From Eledone cirrhosa (lineage: Eukaryota): a stretch of DNA of 64,000 bases. How positions within the stretch are numbered: the first letter of the stretch is position 1; every line of letters begins with the position of its first letter. The notes beneath the pieces are model-generated. The model ran no database searches. It was not told the origin of the DNA and worked only from the letters and a program-made list of their open reading frames with translations. The position numbers and the translations under genes are program-made. The DNA is taken from contig OZ024744.1 in the NCBI GenBank assembly GCA_964016885.1, forward strand, positions 44,516,001 to 44,580,000, in the 5' to 3' direction. Shown here one piece after another: positions 30,016-41,563 of this stretch.

Positions 30016-30575
30016 GCAGCAGTGTGAAGGGAGATTGATCCTTGAGATCAGGGGGGAGTGTGGGGATGGTGTGGTAGTGTGGAGGTGGTGACCGGAAGCT
30101 GGGGACGCCTGACCGGAGGCGGAAGAGGAAGTGACGTGAGATGCGTACTCAGCAACATCTGGGGGTTCTCTTTCGGCTGTGACCCGCGATGGACGGACGT
30201 GCGAATGCGAGCTGCAACTTGGCGAACAGATTATACCCACGTGGATGAGGGATGGCTCGCTGAGTGGGCTAGCAGAATTGCGGTAAGTGCAGTAGCTTTC
30301 TCATTACACTACAAATAAGAGAGGAGGTATTCACTGACGCTGTCAAATCTCGCTTCACGAAAAACCAGTCTGTCCACTAATTTCTCACAGCCATTCCCGC
30401 CTGGCTGATTGAATACTACTACTACTAAGACAAGAACATATAATAATACGCACACACACATAGTAAGTTCACACTGTTTGCATTTTGCATTCACCATTTC
30501 TGTTTGTCATATTGTATCTTTCGGATACAATACAAATTATATTATATCGTATTCTGTGATAATTGCATTTTTTTT

Positions 30576-31948
30576 CAATTCAATTCAATACAATATATTT
30601 GGCAGAAATTAAAACATAGATGCTTCAGATGCCATGTAAAGAGGGGAGAGGGGGAAAATTTACACAGTCGGAAACCCAGTTGTCCAACACCGGTCCAATT
30701 TCGCCTTGAATTGTTGCCTGGTTGTCGCGTTGGCTACTTCTTCTGGAAGCCGATTCCAGGGTCCAGAGATGCGGATCGAGAAAGCAGCTTTCCGTCTATT
30801 TAGGCGAAAGTTGTGGTGAAACAGCTTTTTGTCATGTCCACGTAGACCCCTTTCAAGTGCGGGAGTGAATAGGAGATATTGAGGGAGATCGTAATGGCCA
30901 TTGAAGAGATTGTAAGCCAAAAGGAGATCGCCTCTTAGCCGTCGACGTTCCAAGGAGAAGAGGTTCAGCTTCTTCAGCCGGCTTTCATAGGGCAGCTCAT
31001 GAAGACCATGTACCATTCGAGTCGCTCGTCGTTGAACTCTCTCCAAGTGATGGATATCCCGGATGAGATATGGGTTTGATGCTTAGGTGCCATATTCTAG
31101 GTGCGGTCTCACGAGGGCGACATAGAGAGGCCTGAACATTTCTGGAGTGAGTTTGGCAAAGGAGCGTCGAATAAGAAAAAGAGAGCTCCTTGCCTTGTTG
31201 GCGGCTTGAATGCAATGTCTTGATGGTTTGAAGGACTAGTCGACCAGCAGACCAACATCTTTAGTCTCCTCAACCTCCTTCAAAGGAGCAGTGCCACCGT
31301 TGAAGGTAAGGCTGTGTATCCACTACCACATGGCAACATTTATCGACATAGAGGTATAAATCCCAGTCAATGGACCAACTCCAGGCGCGCTGGAGGCTAG
31401 ACTTGAGATTGTCGATCTCACTCCTACGAGCTACCATTTTTACATCATCTGCAAATAGAAGCACGTTTCCACCAATCACGTCCGGCATGTCGTTGATGTA
31501 TAGAAGGAAGAGAATTGGGCCCAACACAGAGCCCTGGGGAACGCCGCTGCCTACACCGACCCCCGATGACAGACTGCCATTGATCCGAACTCTGCAAGTA
31601 TGACCCTCCAGAAATGATCCAATCCACTTTATAATCGAATCATGGAGACCATAGTTGCTGAGCTTATGCAGGAGCAGGCGGTGGTTGACAGAGTCAAAGG
31701 CTTTTGCGAAATCCAGAAAGATAATATCGGCCTCATCTCCATCGTCTATTATCCTCGTCACCCATTCTTCCATCACGAGTAGGTTTGTAAGACAGGAACG
31801 TTTCGGGATGAAACCGTGTTGAGATGGAGAGATGGCAGTGAAAGACGCAAGATGAGCCATAATTGCCCGCTTTATTAGAGATTCCAAGGCTTTACAGACG
31901 ATTGGGATGAGGCTCACGGGTCTGTAGTTCCCCGGATCTTCTTTGTCG
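30576..31948 (-). mobile_element. 5'-truncated LINE (CR1/L2-like group) RT fragment
   Basis: [81 protein letters not shown]. (TTGAA)n tail near 30576-30592. Confidence 0.92.
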
Positions 31949-32905
31949 TGACTCGAAGAGCCATCAACTTATTGTACGAATATTTCATGTTATAGATTTT
32001 ATCATCCAATGTTCAAATTCAATATTGTTATAATAAAATAAACATTGTAACAACACAATCCTGGTATTATTCTTTGCATTGAAGCCATCATACCAACAAT
32101 TCCATATATTCGTTACAACAGGTGACCCCGTGAAACGGACACACAACCTTCTGTTTATTCACTACAAACGATGTCCCTAGTGCACGACGATTCATCTACG
32201 GCAGAAATGGCAGTCCAGGCGGCGTTTACATTAAGGGTGCACGATCCAACACTGTGGTTCGCGCACATCGAAGCGCAGTTCGCATCGAACCGGATCGTTA
32301 GCGAGGCATCTCGTCTAACACATGTCATTGGTTCGATGTCTCCGGAGATTATGAATGAGGTTCGAGACCTCATTTTAGCACCACCCAGCTCTGTGTCATA
32401 TGACACATTTAAAACGATGTTAATTACGAGGACGTCGGAGTCGCAGCAGAAGCGCTTGCACCAGCTCCTCATATCGGAGGAATTAGGAGATAAAAAGCCG
32501 TCGCAACTCCTACGGCGAATGAAGCAGCTCCTGGTAGAACATAAACTCCCAGATGAAATTTTCAAGCAACTCTTCCTCCAGCATTTGCTTTCTGCCACAC
32601 AAGTTGTTCTGGCGTCCACCAGGGTGTCCACCTCCATTGAAGAACTCGCTGAGCTGGAAGATAAAATCATGGAGGTACAACATCGGCACTCGACTTTAGC
32701 GAATGTGACGCCAGCCGTGCCTTCCACCAATCCTTTCCTTCAGCCCTCCAATGCCACAGAGATGCCCGATCTACACCAGTTACTGGCACAGCAAGCAACA
32801 CGCCTTGACGCAACAAATTCAGGCCTTGTCACTGAGTAACCCTGCCATGCCTCGGTCTAACAGTCGAACTCGAAGGTTCGGTGGTCGCTCTAGAAGTCCG
32901 AATGG
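31949..32905 (+). mobile_element. gag: CsRn1-type Gypsy 5' fragment (LTR end, PBS, partial gag)
   Basis: AATAAA-containing LTR remnant, then GGTGACCCCG (Trp-like PBS, 32121-32130). ORF 32171-32839 has DPTLWFAHIEAQF and ELGDKKPSQLLRRM. Confidence 0.82.
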
Positions 32906-33510
32906 GTAGTACCCGTTGGTGAGTTTCTCGTATCTTTAATAGCTATTGCCGTACCTCGACCAGTTGAAAAGTGATCTCGCTGAGACCCAACCTAATCCAG
33001 AATATACCATAGACAAAAACATATTGGTGTGTGACAAAGAAAATGATGTGTGTTTGATGTCAAACTGGATATATTCATACAGGCATATAATACAGTAAAA
33101 CGAATAAAAAAATAAAAATGAGCGTTCATATATAACCTGTAAACATTTCTTTTTTAAATATTTATATAATTGTTCTTTACAAAAAGTTCAGTTTTCTCTT
33201 CTTTATGTGATCGTTTTCTTGCTAGGAAGCTAGTAGTATTGTCTGTTGTTGTTGGAGATTACGAATCACGTGGTTAAATGTTTGGTAATGAATCGAAAAA
33301 TCAAAGCGAAGTCACTGTAAATATTCCGTAGAATGGAAGTTTGGTGATTAATTTGAAAAAGTGAAGTTTTATCATATCGTACCATATAGCTGAGAAGCTT
33401 GGTAATTATATATTGCTGAGAAAGTTGTTGACGGTGGCCATGCTGAAAATAAGTTTCGTGTTGTTTTCTTTTTTTTTTTATATACCACATCGTATTTTTT
33501 TTTTATATAT

Positions 33511-33528
33511 ATCACGTCGGGTTCACCA
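33511..33528 (-). promoter_or_regulatory. Primer-binding site, tRNA-Trp type
   Basis: Minus TGGTGAACCCGACGTGAT versus canonical TGGTGACCCCGACGTGAT (17/18), 3 nt from the LTR. Confidence 0.85.
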
Positions 33529-34014
33529 ATATAACGAAGGATGATTTTAGTTAGTTGTTAGAATGATTATAACATGGTTGTTAGATGGAATAACAAGAAT
33601 AGCGATTTACTTTATATATGAAAAGATTTACTTCACTTCAGTCAAAAAGTCTGCGACCAGGAGAGAGAGAGTATTGGTCTGTAATTGACTGTAGACCACT
33701 GTGGCCTGTAGATCTTTACATAGCTTGTTGTAGGCGTATTGCTCCGATATATCTGTAGACCTCTGGGGCCTGAAGGTAGCGCTGAATCTTTTACATAGCT
33801 AGTCTGTATCGTGGTGCTCCGATCTCTCTGTATCTAAGGTGGGAAAATATAGGCTTTATATACCTCTCGATTTCTGTCTCCCACCTTGAAGGGATAGCCC
33901 ACGCATGAACCTGTTCACACCAAAAGGGTGGTGACCTACAGTTTGACCTTTAGCTGTCAGCCAAGGCCAAGGCGTGGACAGATTTCGCTACATATATATG
34001 TATATATGTATATA

Positions 34015-34465
34015 TGGAGAATAGAAATGTCTGTGTAGTTGCTATTTAAGGTAACTTAAAATGCAGTGGGAATACGAAGAAAGCAAGAACAGGGAGGGGG
34101 TAGGGCTCCCTCATCAGTTGTCTACTGGGGGTCTCGGATATTTCTACGTTTTAAAGACAATACACATCGCCCCAGGATATATATATATGGGCTGTGTAGA
34201 CGATGTAGTTCCACATAGTCCCCAGCAGTGTTACGTACGTGAAGATAGGGGTGTGTGAGCTATAGATATATAATGTAAGTGTGATATTTACCTGCAAAGA
34301 TGGCCACGAAAGCAAGTGCGAGGCAACTCAAGTACAACATGGTTGAAGAAGAAGAGAACAGCTGTGTCTTCTCTCTGTTATTCCTACTCTTTATATAGTC
34401 AGTGGTCTTACAGGAGACATATGGTACAAACATGAACACATATGGATACACCACCATCAATACAT
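34015..34465 (-). other. Candidate host-gene segment: 7TM/GPCR-like TM1-TM2 with very short introns (alternatively a signal-peptide exon)
   Basis: Removing a 37 nt intron (GTAAGA..AACAG, 34375-34411) and a 32 nt intron (GTAAAT..TATAG, 34260-34291) gives [48 protein letters not shown] follows downstream. Confidence 0.4.
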
Positions 34466-34479
34466 GTGTGTGTAGGTGT

Positions 34480-34505
34480 ATGTATATATATATATATTCC
34501 GTATG

Positions 34506-34595
<90 letters not shown>

Positions 34596-34686
34596 TATAG
34601 TTATGTACATATATATATATATGTATATAAATATATATATATGGGTGTGTGTATGTGTGTGTGTGTATACACACACATATATGTAT
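34480..34686. repeat. Compound (CT)n/(TA)n/(TG)n microsatellite
   Basis: Direct inspection. Confidence 0.93.
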
Positions 34687-35130
34687 GAGGTGCGTATTGA
34701 ATTGTGTACTAGAAAAAAATACAATTGAAATGTTTATGTATGTCGGTGGAAATTCATGAAACTTTTAATAGCAATTGCTTGTGATTCTCAAGGTTTTTTT
34801 AAAAAAAGAAAACAAAAAAGAATATTTTGTAGAGTTTATTTACGTAATATGCCAAGTGACAACTCTGAACATTTATGATCTGGTTAACAGATTACTTTTC
34901 TACGTTCCTTATTGTTTGGGGTTTAGATTTTTACAAAGGAAAAAAGTTTAGGACGGATTTCATCTGGAGTAATTTACATAATTGAATATAAAAGAGGTTA
35001 AGAGAAGTACTTTTTGCCGTGTCACCACCATGACCACTTTACAGTGTCGGCTAGAGGCTTCACTGGACATATGCTACAGCCTGTCCTCATGAGAGATGTA
35101 TGGGAGGGATGCATACTATATATATATATA

Positions 35131-37712
35131 TGTATGCTTTAGCTTCAGCCTGTGCCCATGGGAAGGCGGGTATTCTGTATTACTATAACACCAGAGATCC
35201 TGGTCCTGTGTCATCACATTTGAGAGGTGCAATTGGGCAAGGTCAGCTTTTATCACCTCATGCCAAGTCTTCCTGGGTCTTTCCACCCAATGGCTTCCAT
35301 CAATTTTGAGCGCTCTGCAACTTTTTATACAGCTGTCATCCTTAATACGCGTCACATGTCCATACCAACGTAATGTCCTCTCCTGCACACATCATCTGAT
35401 TCCTCTTATGCCTAGTTTCTTTTTCAGTTCGTTTATGCTTTGTCGTTCACGTATATTACAATTACATATTCATCAGAGCATGTGAGTTTCATTTCTTTCC
35501 AACGTATGCAAGTCTTCTGCACACAGCGCTCCGGTCTCACTACCATGCAATATTGTTGTTCCTATGCACGCATCATACTGGTTGCCTTTCATTTTGAGGA
35601 AAAAAATATTGTAGCTAGCTGTGGTAGTACTGCTAGCTACAACATCCTTTCTATCCTGATCTTACTCTGGCTACTATAGTTTCAGAACACCCACCTCCGC
35701 TAGTAATTTGGTCACACCGGTAGGAGAAGCTGTCTACTGTTTCTACCGAACTACCCCAAAATTTGATAGCGTTTATTTCCTGTGGTCATTTGCTGCTTAC
35801 TGCCCCGATGCAGCGGTTACATGTGAGGCCTATATTCTTAGCTAAACTTATTGATATCCCACTACATCTCTTGTGTAGTCATAGTTTGCATTTGGGCAGA
35901 GTATGGAATTTCTACCGACTTTTTTCCTACAAATTGAGCAAGGCCATTTCCCCGGGGGACCAGGGATCCCTTTTCTCTTCTACTTACTAGCACGTTAGTT
36001 TTTGTCAGGTTGACTTTAAGACCTCTTGTTTCTAGGCCCTGCTTCCATGTTTGGAATTTCTTTTCTATTTCCACCAAAGACTCCACTATGTGTAATATCA
36101 TCCGCGTACAGGAGTTCCCACGGGCAGCCAGTCTGAAACTCCTCTGTTATAGCCTGTAGTACGATTATAAACAGGAGAGGGCTAAAAACAAAGCCCTGAT
36201 GGACGCCAAGTTGTGCGCTAAATGCCTCGCTATAGTCATTGCTAATCCTAACTTTGCTGGCTGCTCCTCTATCCATGACTTGTACAGCCTTTACAAGCCA
36301 CTCATCTACTCCTAGTTTTCTAAAAGCCCACCAAATTATGGCACGGGGTACCCTATCAAAAGCTTTTCCAAATCGACAAAATGCCAAGTAGCGCGGCTTC
36401 CTTTTAGCTTGGTACTTTTCCTGCAGCTGCTTTACCAATAAGAGGCGATCTGTGGTGCTTTTGCCGGATACAAATCCGAACGGCATCTCATCTAGACTTA
36501 CCCGGTCCCTAATCAGCTGTTCTATAACTCTTTCTGTTACTTTCATGACCTGGTCCATCAACTTTATACCTCTATAGTTTCCTCTATCTAGTGCATCTCC
36601 TTTACCCTTGTAGCAGTTGACAATGATGCTACTGTGCTAATCATTTGGTATGACACTATCTAGTATTACCTGGTTAACAATACGTGTGGTTATGGTGTGT
36701 CCTACCGACTAAGATACTTTCAGCACCTCGGTAACTATGCCTGATAGCCCGGCTGCTTTCCCAGTCTTCATATCCTTAATTGCCTTACTTACTACATTGT
36801 TGCTGACTTCTATTGCTTGGCCCTCTGTAGGATCCACTTGGGGTAGGGTCTTTAACTCCAATGTATTCTCCTCATTTAGTAATCTTTCATAATGGCTCTT
36901 GCATGCAGCTTTATTATCGGCGTCTGTGACGACAAGTGAACCTTTACCATCCCGGCTCACGAATGACATCACAATTTTACCTAACTCACTGTCTCACAAT
37001 CCTGAACACTTCCTGTTTTTGGTCATCACGCTGAAAAACATGCTTGTTTCTTTTGTCCCCTGCTTCCCTCCTTGCTAAGTATACTTGTTGCCCAGCTTCC
37101 CTCCTGGTCTCTATGTAGTGTACTCTGCTTCTCCCGTTCTTCCATTTTTCCTATGCCAGTCTCTTGGCTTTAATTGACACATATACCTTATTGTTCCACC
37201 CCCAGTCACCCTCCTCTTAGTAGCCCTGCTCCATTCAAATATCTCGTCTGTCGCCTTCAGGAACTCCCAGTGCTCCCCTATATTGAATGCTTCTATCTGT
37301 TGTTCTTTACTGTCATAAGAGTCAAGCAAAGTATCTCTCAATCTGTAGCTGCATGAGGAATCTTTCTGCTTCCATATCCTTCTCCTTTAGGCTGCTTTCT
37401 GTTTCCAAGTTCGTCTAGCTTTGACAATGAGGTCGCTGACTACTAGGTTATGTTGGGTGGTACATTCCTCACCAGGGTAGGATTTCGTGTTTACCACCGA
37501 TACTCTATCTCGCCTTCTGATAAAGATAAAATCTATCTGACTAGAATGCTCCCTTGATCTACAGGTGATCAGGTGGTTGTCGGGTTTTTTGAAGCGTGTG
37601 TTTCATATGAATATTTCATTGGCGTTGCAGAATTCTAGGAGCCTGAAACCTTCCTGATGCCTTTTGCCAAATCTGTGGCCTCCAGGGACTCTGTAGAAGC
37701 CATCAATGTATA
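35131..37712 (-). mobile_element. RTE-clade LINE, 5'-truncated and degenerate
   Basis: APE tail GGHRFGKRHQEGFRLLEFC, MKTGKAAGLSG, NYRGIKL, KAFDRVPR..WWAFRKLGVDEWLV, GVHQGFVFSPLLF, LLYADD, LRWYGHV..RPRKTW. Confidence 0.92.
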
Positions 37713-37974
37713 CATTGTTAATACTATTTGCCATTTGCGTCTCCTGGGCAGAGCATTTGAAAACGGAAGGCACTGAAACCAGATCAGATACCATAAAACA
37801 TCCCATCAGTATTTTAACAATTCCGCCAATTTCCGCCAATTCATCCTCGACGAAAGGCAAAATTGATCTCAAAAAGATGAAAGGCAAAATTGAGGTAAAA
37901 AAATTAAAAGACAAAGTTGACCTCAATGAGTCTTACGAGCACCACATTGACGTATGACGATGATGGTGATATGA

Positions 37975-38021
<47 letters not shown>

Positions 38022-38023
<2 letters not shown>

Positions 38024-38460
38024 GTTTAAGCAGATTAAAGTTTAAGCAAAGAATCTCTGCTTTCACCCTTAACGGGATCTTCTGAAACTAACAAAGTCAA
38101 TCTGTGAACGCAGAAGTGAATATTTCAAAATACGTTGCAACCGGAGGAAGACAGGAAGACGATACTTTGGTTCGTGGAAACGTTCCCTGGCAAAGAACGG
38201 GAAAAACGAATATAATACGTCATTAATAGGTACGGTGAAAAACAATTACGCGGAAAGACAGAACCACGTTTATGGTATAAAGAAGTCGTAGGCTAATGTT
38301 CTCTTAGGTGGTTCATAGAGACGTTTTCTGGCAATGAACGGAAAAAACGAAGATAATACGTCATATGTGGAGCGTGGAGAACAATTGCGCGCAAAGACCA
38401 AACCACGGTTCTTATATATTTGATATATATTTATCCTTATCGAGCCCTCTTTGGATTTTA
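38022..38460 (-). mobile_element. Small non-coding hammerhead-bearing repeat (family X), copy 1
   Basis: 38030-38185 is the reverse complement of 40758-40868 joined to 46040-46085. Internal ~140 bp tandem duplication at 38169-38410. Abuts (TA)n. Confidence 0.75.
38039..38089 (-). ncRNA. Type I hammerhead motif, U4-to-A variant
   Basis: Minus: AGTTT-CAGAAGA-TCCC GTTAA GGGT-GAAA-GCAGAGATTCTTTGC-TT-AAACT. Confidence 0.68.
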
Positions 38461-38480
38461 GTCTTCAAATTTATTATTAT

Positions 38481-38547
<67 letters not shown>

Positions 38548-38551
38548 TAAC

Positions 38552-38614
<63 letters not shown>

Positions 38615-38617
<3 letters not shown>

Positions 38618-39090
38618 CATCCTCAGTGTATACTGATTAATGTTCAGAGCCATCCTCAGCATTCTCGTGTAGCACCCATCCACCATCTGAGTGAGTCTCT
38701 TGGTCAGTGTCCAAGTCTCAGACCCATACAGCAGCACAGACTCCACTACAGCAATGAAGAGGCGGATTTTCAGGTCTCTACGAAGGTCCGACTCAGAGCT
38801 GTATGGGACCATCCCAAAAGTCAGCTCAAAAGTGACACAGAGGAGACTGAGGTTGGCTGGACATGCTCACCGACATCCAGAGTTGACATTGCACTCAGTG
38901 CTCCTTTGGGAGCCCCTACATGGACACACTAGAAGAGGAAGACCAAGGTTAACATATGTTGATGCCCTAAGGACAGACACTGGTCTGTTGGAGATGCAGG
39001 ATATGGCAGCGATAATGAGGGACAGAGACCGCTGGAGAGAACTCGTCCATGGATCTCGGGAATTTTACCCGCCTTAGATAGATAGATATA
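38615..39090 (+). mobile_element. RTE-group LINE 3' end with 5' inversion
   Basis: Minus 38615-38791 reads [29 protein letters not shown]. Plus 38793-39077 reads [27 protein letters not shown]. (TAGA)n tail. Confidence 0.88.
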
Positions 39091-39101
39091 TATATATATA
39101 T

Positions 39102-39451
39102 AAAAGATGAATATAAAATGAAAGTGCTTTTATAAAAGAATTTATTAGGTATTGACATATGTTTCTGTAACAGACGGAATACCTATGTATCGCTGCTTGC
39201 GTAATCATATAATGTTAGCAAGTATTCGATAGCAAATGCATAATCAGTTGTCACTTCTTCAGAGATATTGGATAAATTTATCCAATATCTCTGAAGAAGT
39301 GACAACTGATTATACATTTGCTATCGAATACTTGCTAACATTATATGATTACGCAAGCAGCGATACATAGGTATTCCGTCTGTAACAGAAACATATGTCA
39401 ATACCTAATAAATTCCTTTATAAAAGCACTTTCATTTTATATTCATCTTTT
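39102..39451. repeat. Spacer-less 350 bp palindrome containing two hammerhead-like motifs
   Basis: Centre at 39276/39277 (GGATAAA|TTTATCC), 175 bp arms, 3 mismatches by eye. Right arm has CTGAAGA at 39291 and GAAA-CATATG-TC-AATA at 39388-39403. Confidence 0.93.
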
Positions 39452-39556
39452 CTATATTTTCTCCGGAATATAATTTATACTCGTTGAGCAAACCTACACC
39501 TACGCTGTTCATCTCTAACGTGACGATATATTATCACTACATTATTAATAACCTGA

Positions 39557-40022
<466 letters not shown>

Positions 40023-40095
40023 TTGTTTCGACACACGATTTCATATAAAAAAAACCTCGCAAAACTATATATATATATATATAAATATATATATT

Positions 40096-40538
40096 GTATT
40101 GAAAATTAGAATGGTGCTCTGAAATAGCGATGTATACATGAAATTATATATAGTATGTTTGGCAATATACTGTATGCTTAATTAAAAACATTTTGAAAAC
40201 TATGTTACTTCTTTTTTCAACAAACAAAGGGAGATAAACTGTATATACTATATATACATTCATGTATACATCGCTATTTCAGAGCCCCATTCTAATTTTC
40301 AATTTTTGCTGGACCGGCAATCGCTCTGTATAATCAGTTCCTGATTACTACTGGAATTCTATAAGAATCCAACATCTATAATTTTCAACAAGCATCGGCG
40401 AGTGTTAAGCTCTGATGATTACGAACAGTATGAAACAGATCTGTCAGCTTATCTCCCTTTGTTTGTTGAAAAAATAAGTGACATAGTCACTACTTTAAAA
40501 TAATAGCGCAAGGTCTTCAAAACGTTTTTAATTAAACA
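40096..40538 (+). mobile_element. Retrozyme-like repeat (318 bp family), copy 1
   Basis: Homologous to 47357-48094. An inverted partial unit at 40096-40241 precedes a forward unit at 40242-40538. Confidence 0.82.
40407..40450 (+). ncRNA. Type I hammerhead ribozyme with intact core
   Basis: AAGCT-CTGATGA-T TAC GAACA GTA T-GAAA-CAGATCTG-TC-AGCTT. Perfect stem I, palindromic stem III, GUC cleavage triplet. Confidence 0.88.
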
Positions 40539-41563
40539 TCTATACTATAAAGCTGACGGCCGTATGTAAGTAACAAACTTTCCGCCAAGCGGCTGGACCA
40601 AACGGCTCCAAATTTGCACCATAGATGTAACTTTTTCCAAGTTAGAAAGTGAGGGTATTTTTGTGTACTCAATTTTGTTAAAAGATTAAAGACATTATTT
40701 AAATATTCACTTCTTTAAAATGTTCAAATGTCAACACTTCCGGTTATACGACATTCCTAACGTCTTCACGAACCAAAGCATCATCTTCCTGTTTTCTTCC
40801 GGTTGCAACGTTTTTAGAAATATTTACTTCTGCGTTCACAGATTGATTTTTTTTAGTTTCAGAGATCCTAAAGGAAAGGGATGTTTCTCTTTGTTGAATA
40901 AATAAATGAACAATCAAATCTAACAATCATTTTATTAAATGCGATAATTTAGTAAATTTCCTACAACGTCAATATTTTGAGGAGCGAATCTTTCCACGTC
41001 TGTTCATGTCCGCGGTCCAAAGAGAGTGAGTGAACCTGCGTCTGTGTCCGGATGTATTTTTGCCTCCGCTCTCTGAAGTGTTGTTAAGGGGAGGCAACTG
41101 CTAGTTGCCAAGCGACCATCTCAGCCACTACATTCACCTTGTAGCAGATTTTTTGTCGAAAAACCGTTAACAATGAAGCGAAGGTAGTTTACAAAATGTA
41201 GAAGAATGTATCAACAAATTAAAAAAAAAATAATAAATAGGTTCATGTCTGCAAGCATTAACACAGAAAAAAAAAACGTACAGTAAAAGATGCAAAATGC
41301 ATGAAAAGATAACACTCTTCGCAATAAAGGGGCCCCAAATGCGATAAACAAGAAAAAATGTTTTGCTAGGCAATAAAAATGCCATATGTAGCATAGTTAT
41401 AAAAATGCACTAAAAAAAATGGACTGTGTCAGAATTGACAATAGTCGTAATGTTACGAAAAATATAATATATTGACACTGCCGTAGGCAGTCAAGAATCA
41501 AAAAGTAACAAAATGCAATATACAGCAAAAACAATTGGAAGAAAAAAAAGAATACAATTCAGT

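Larger units (their letters stand above)
26172..30308 (+). mobile_element. Compact Ty3/Gypsy LTR retrotransposon (4.1 kb), degenerate
   Basis: LTRs at 26172-26418 and 30059-30308 (TG...CA, roughly 85-90% identical by eye). 5 bp TSD CTACA at 26167-26171 and 30309-30313. PPT AGGGGGGAG at 30050-30058. Order gag-PR-RT-RH-IN. Confidence 0.95.
24936..33992 (-). mobile_element. Outer LTR retrotransposon, apparently non-autonomous, with three nested insertions
   Basis: Related LTRs at 24936-25467 and 33532-33992 (minus: TGTAGCGA...CGTTA). tRNA-Trp-like PBS at 33511-33528; purine tract GGGTAGGGAA at about 25472-25481. Confidence 0.85.

Noticed and set aside
34100-34120. CTGATGA followed by a GGGAG/CTCCC hairpin on the minus strand
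   Set aside because: No GAAA, stem III or stem I follows.
37706-37957. 83 aa ORF with a signal-peptide-like start (MYTLLILFAICVSWAE)
   Set aside because: The ATG lies in the antisense end of the RTE, and the C-terminal part is three degenerate copies of the SINE core GATGAAAGGCAAAGTTGACCTC. Probably a chance ORF.
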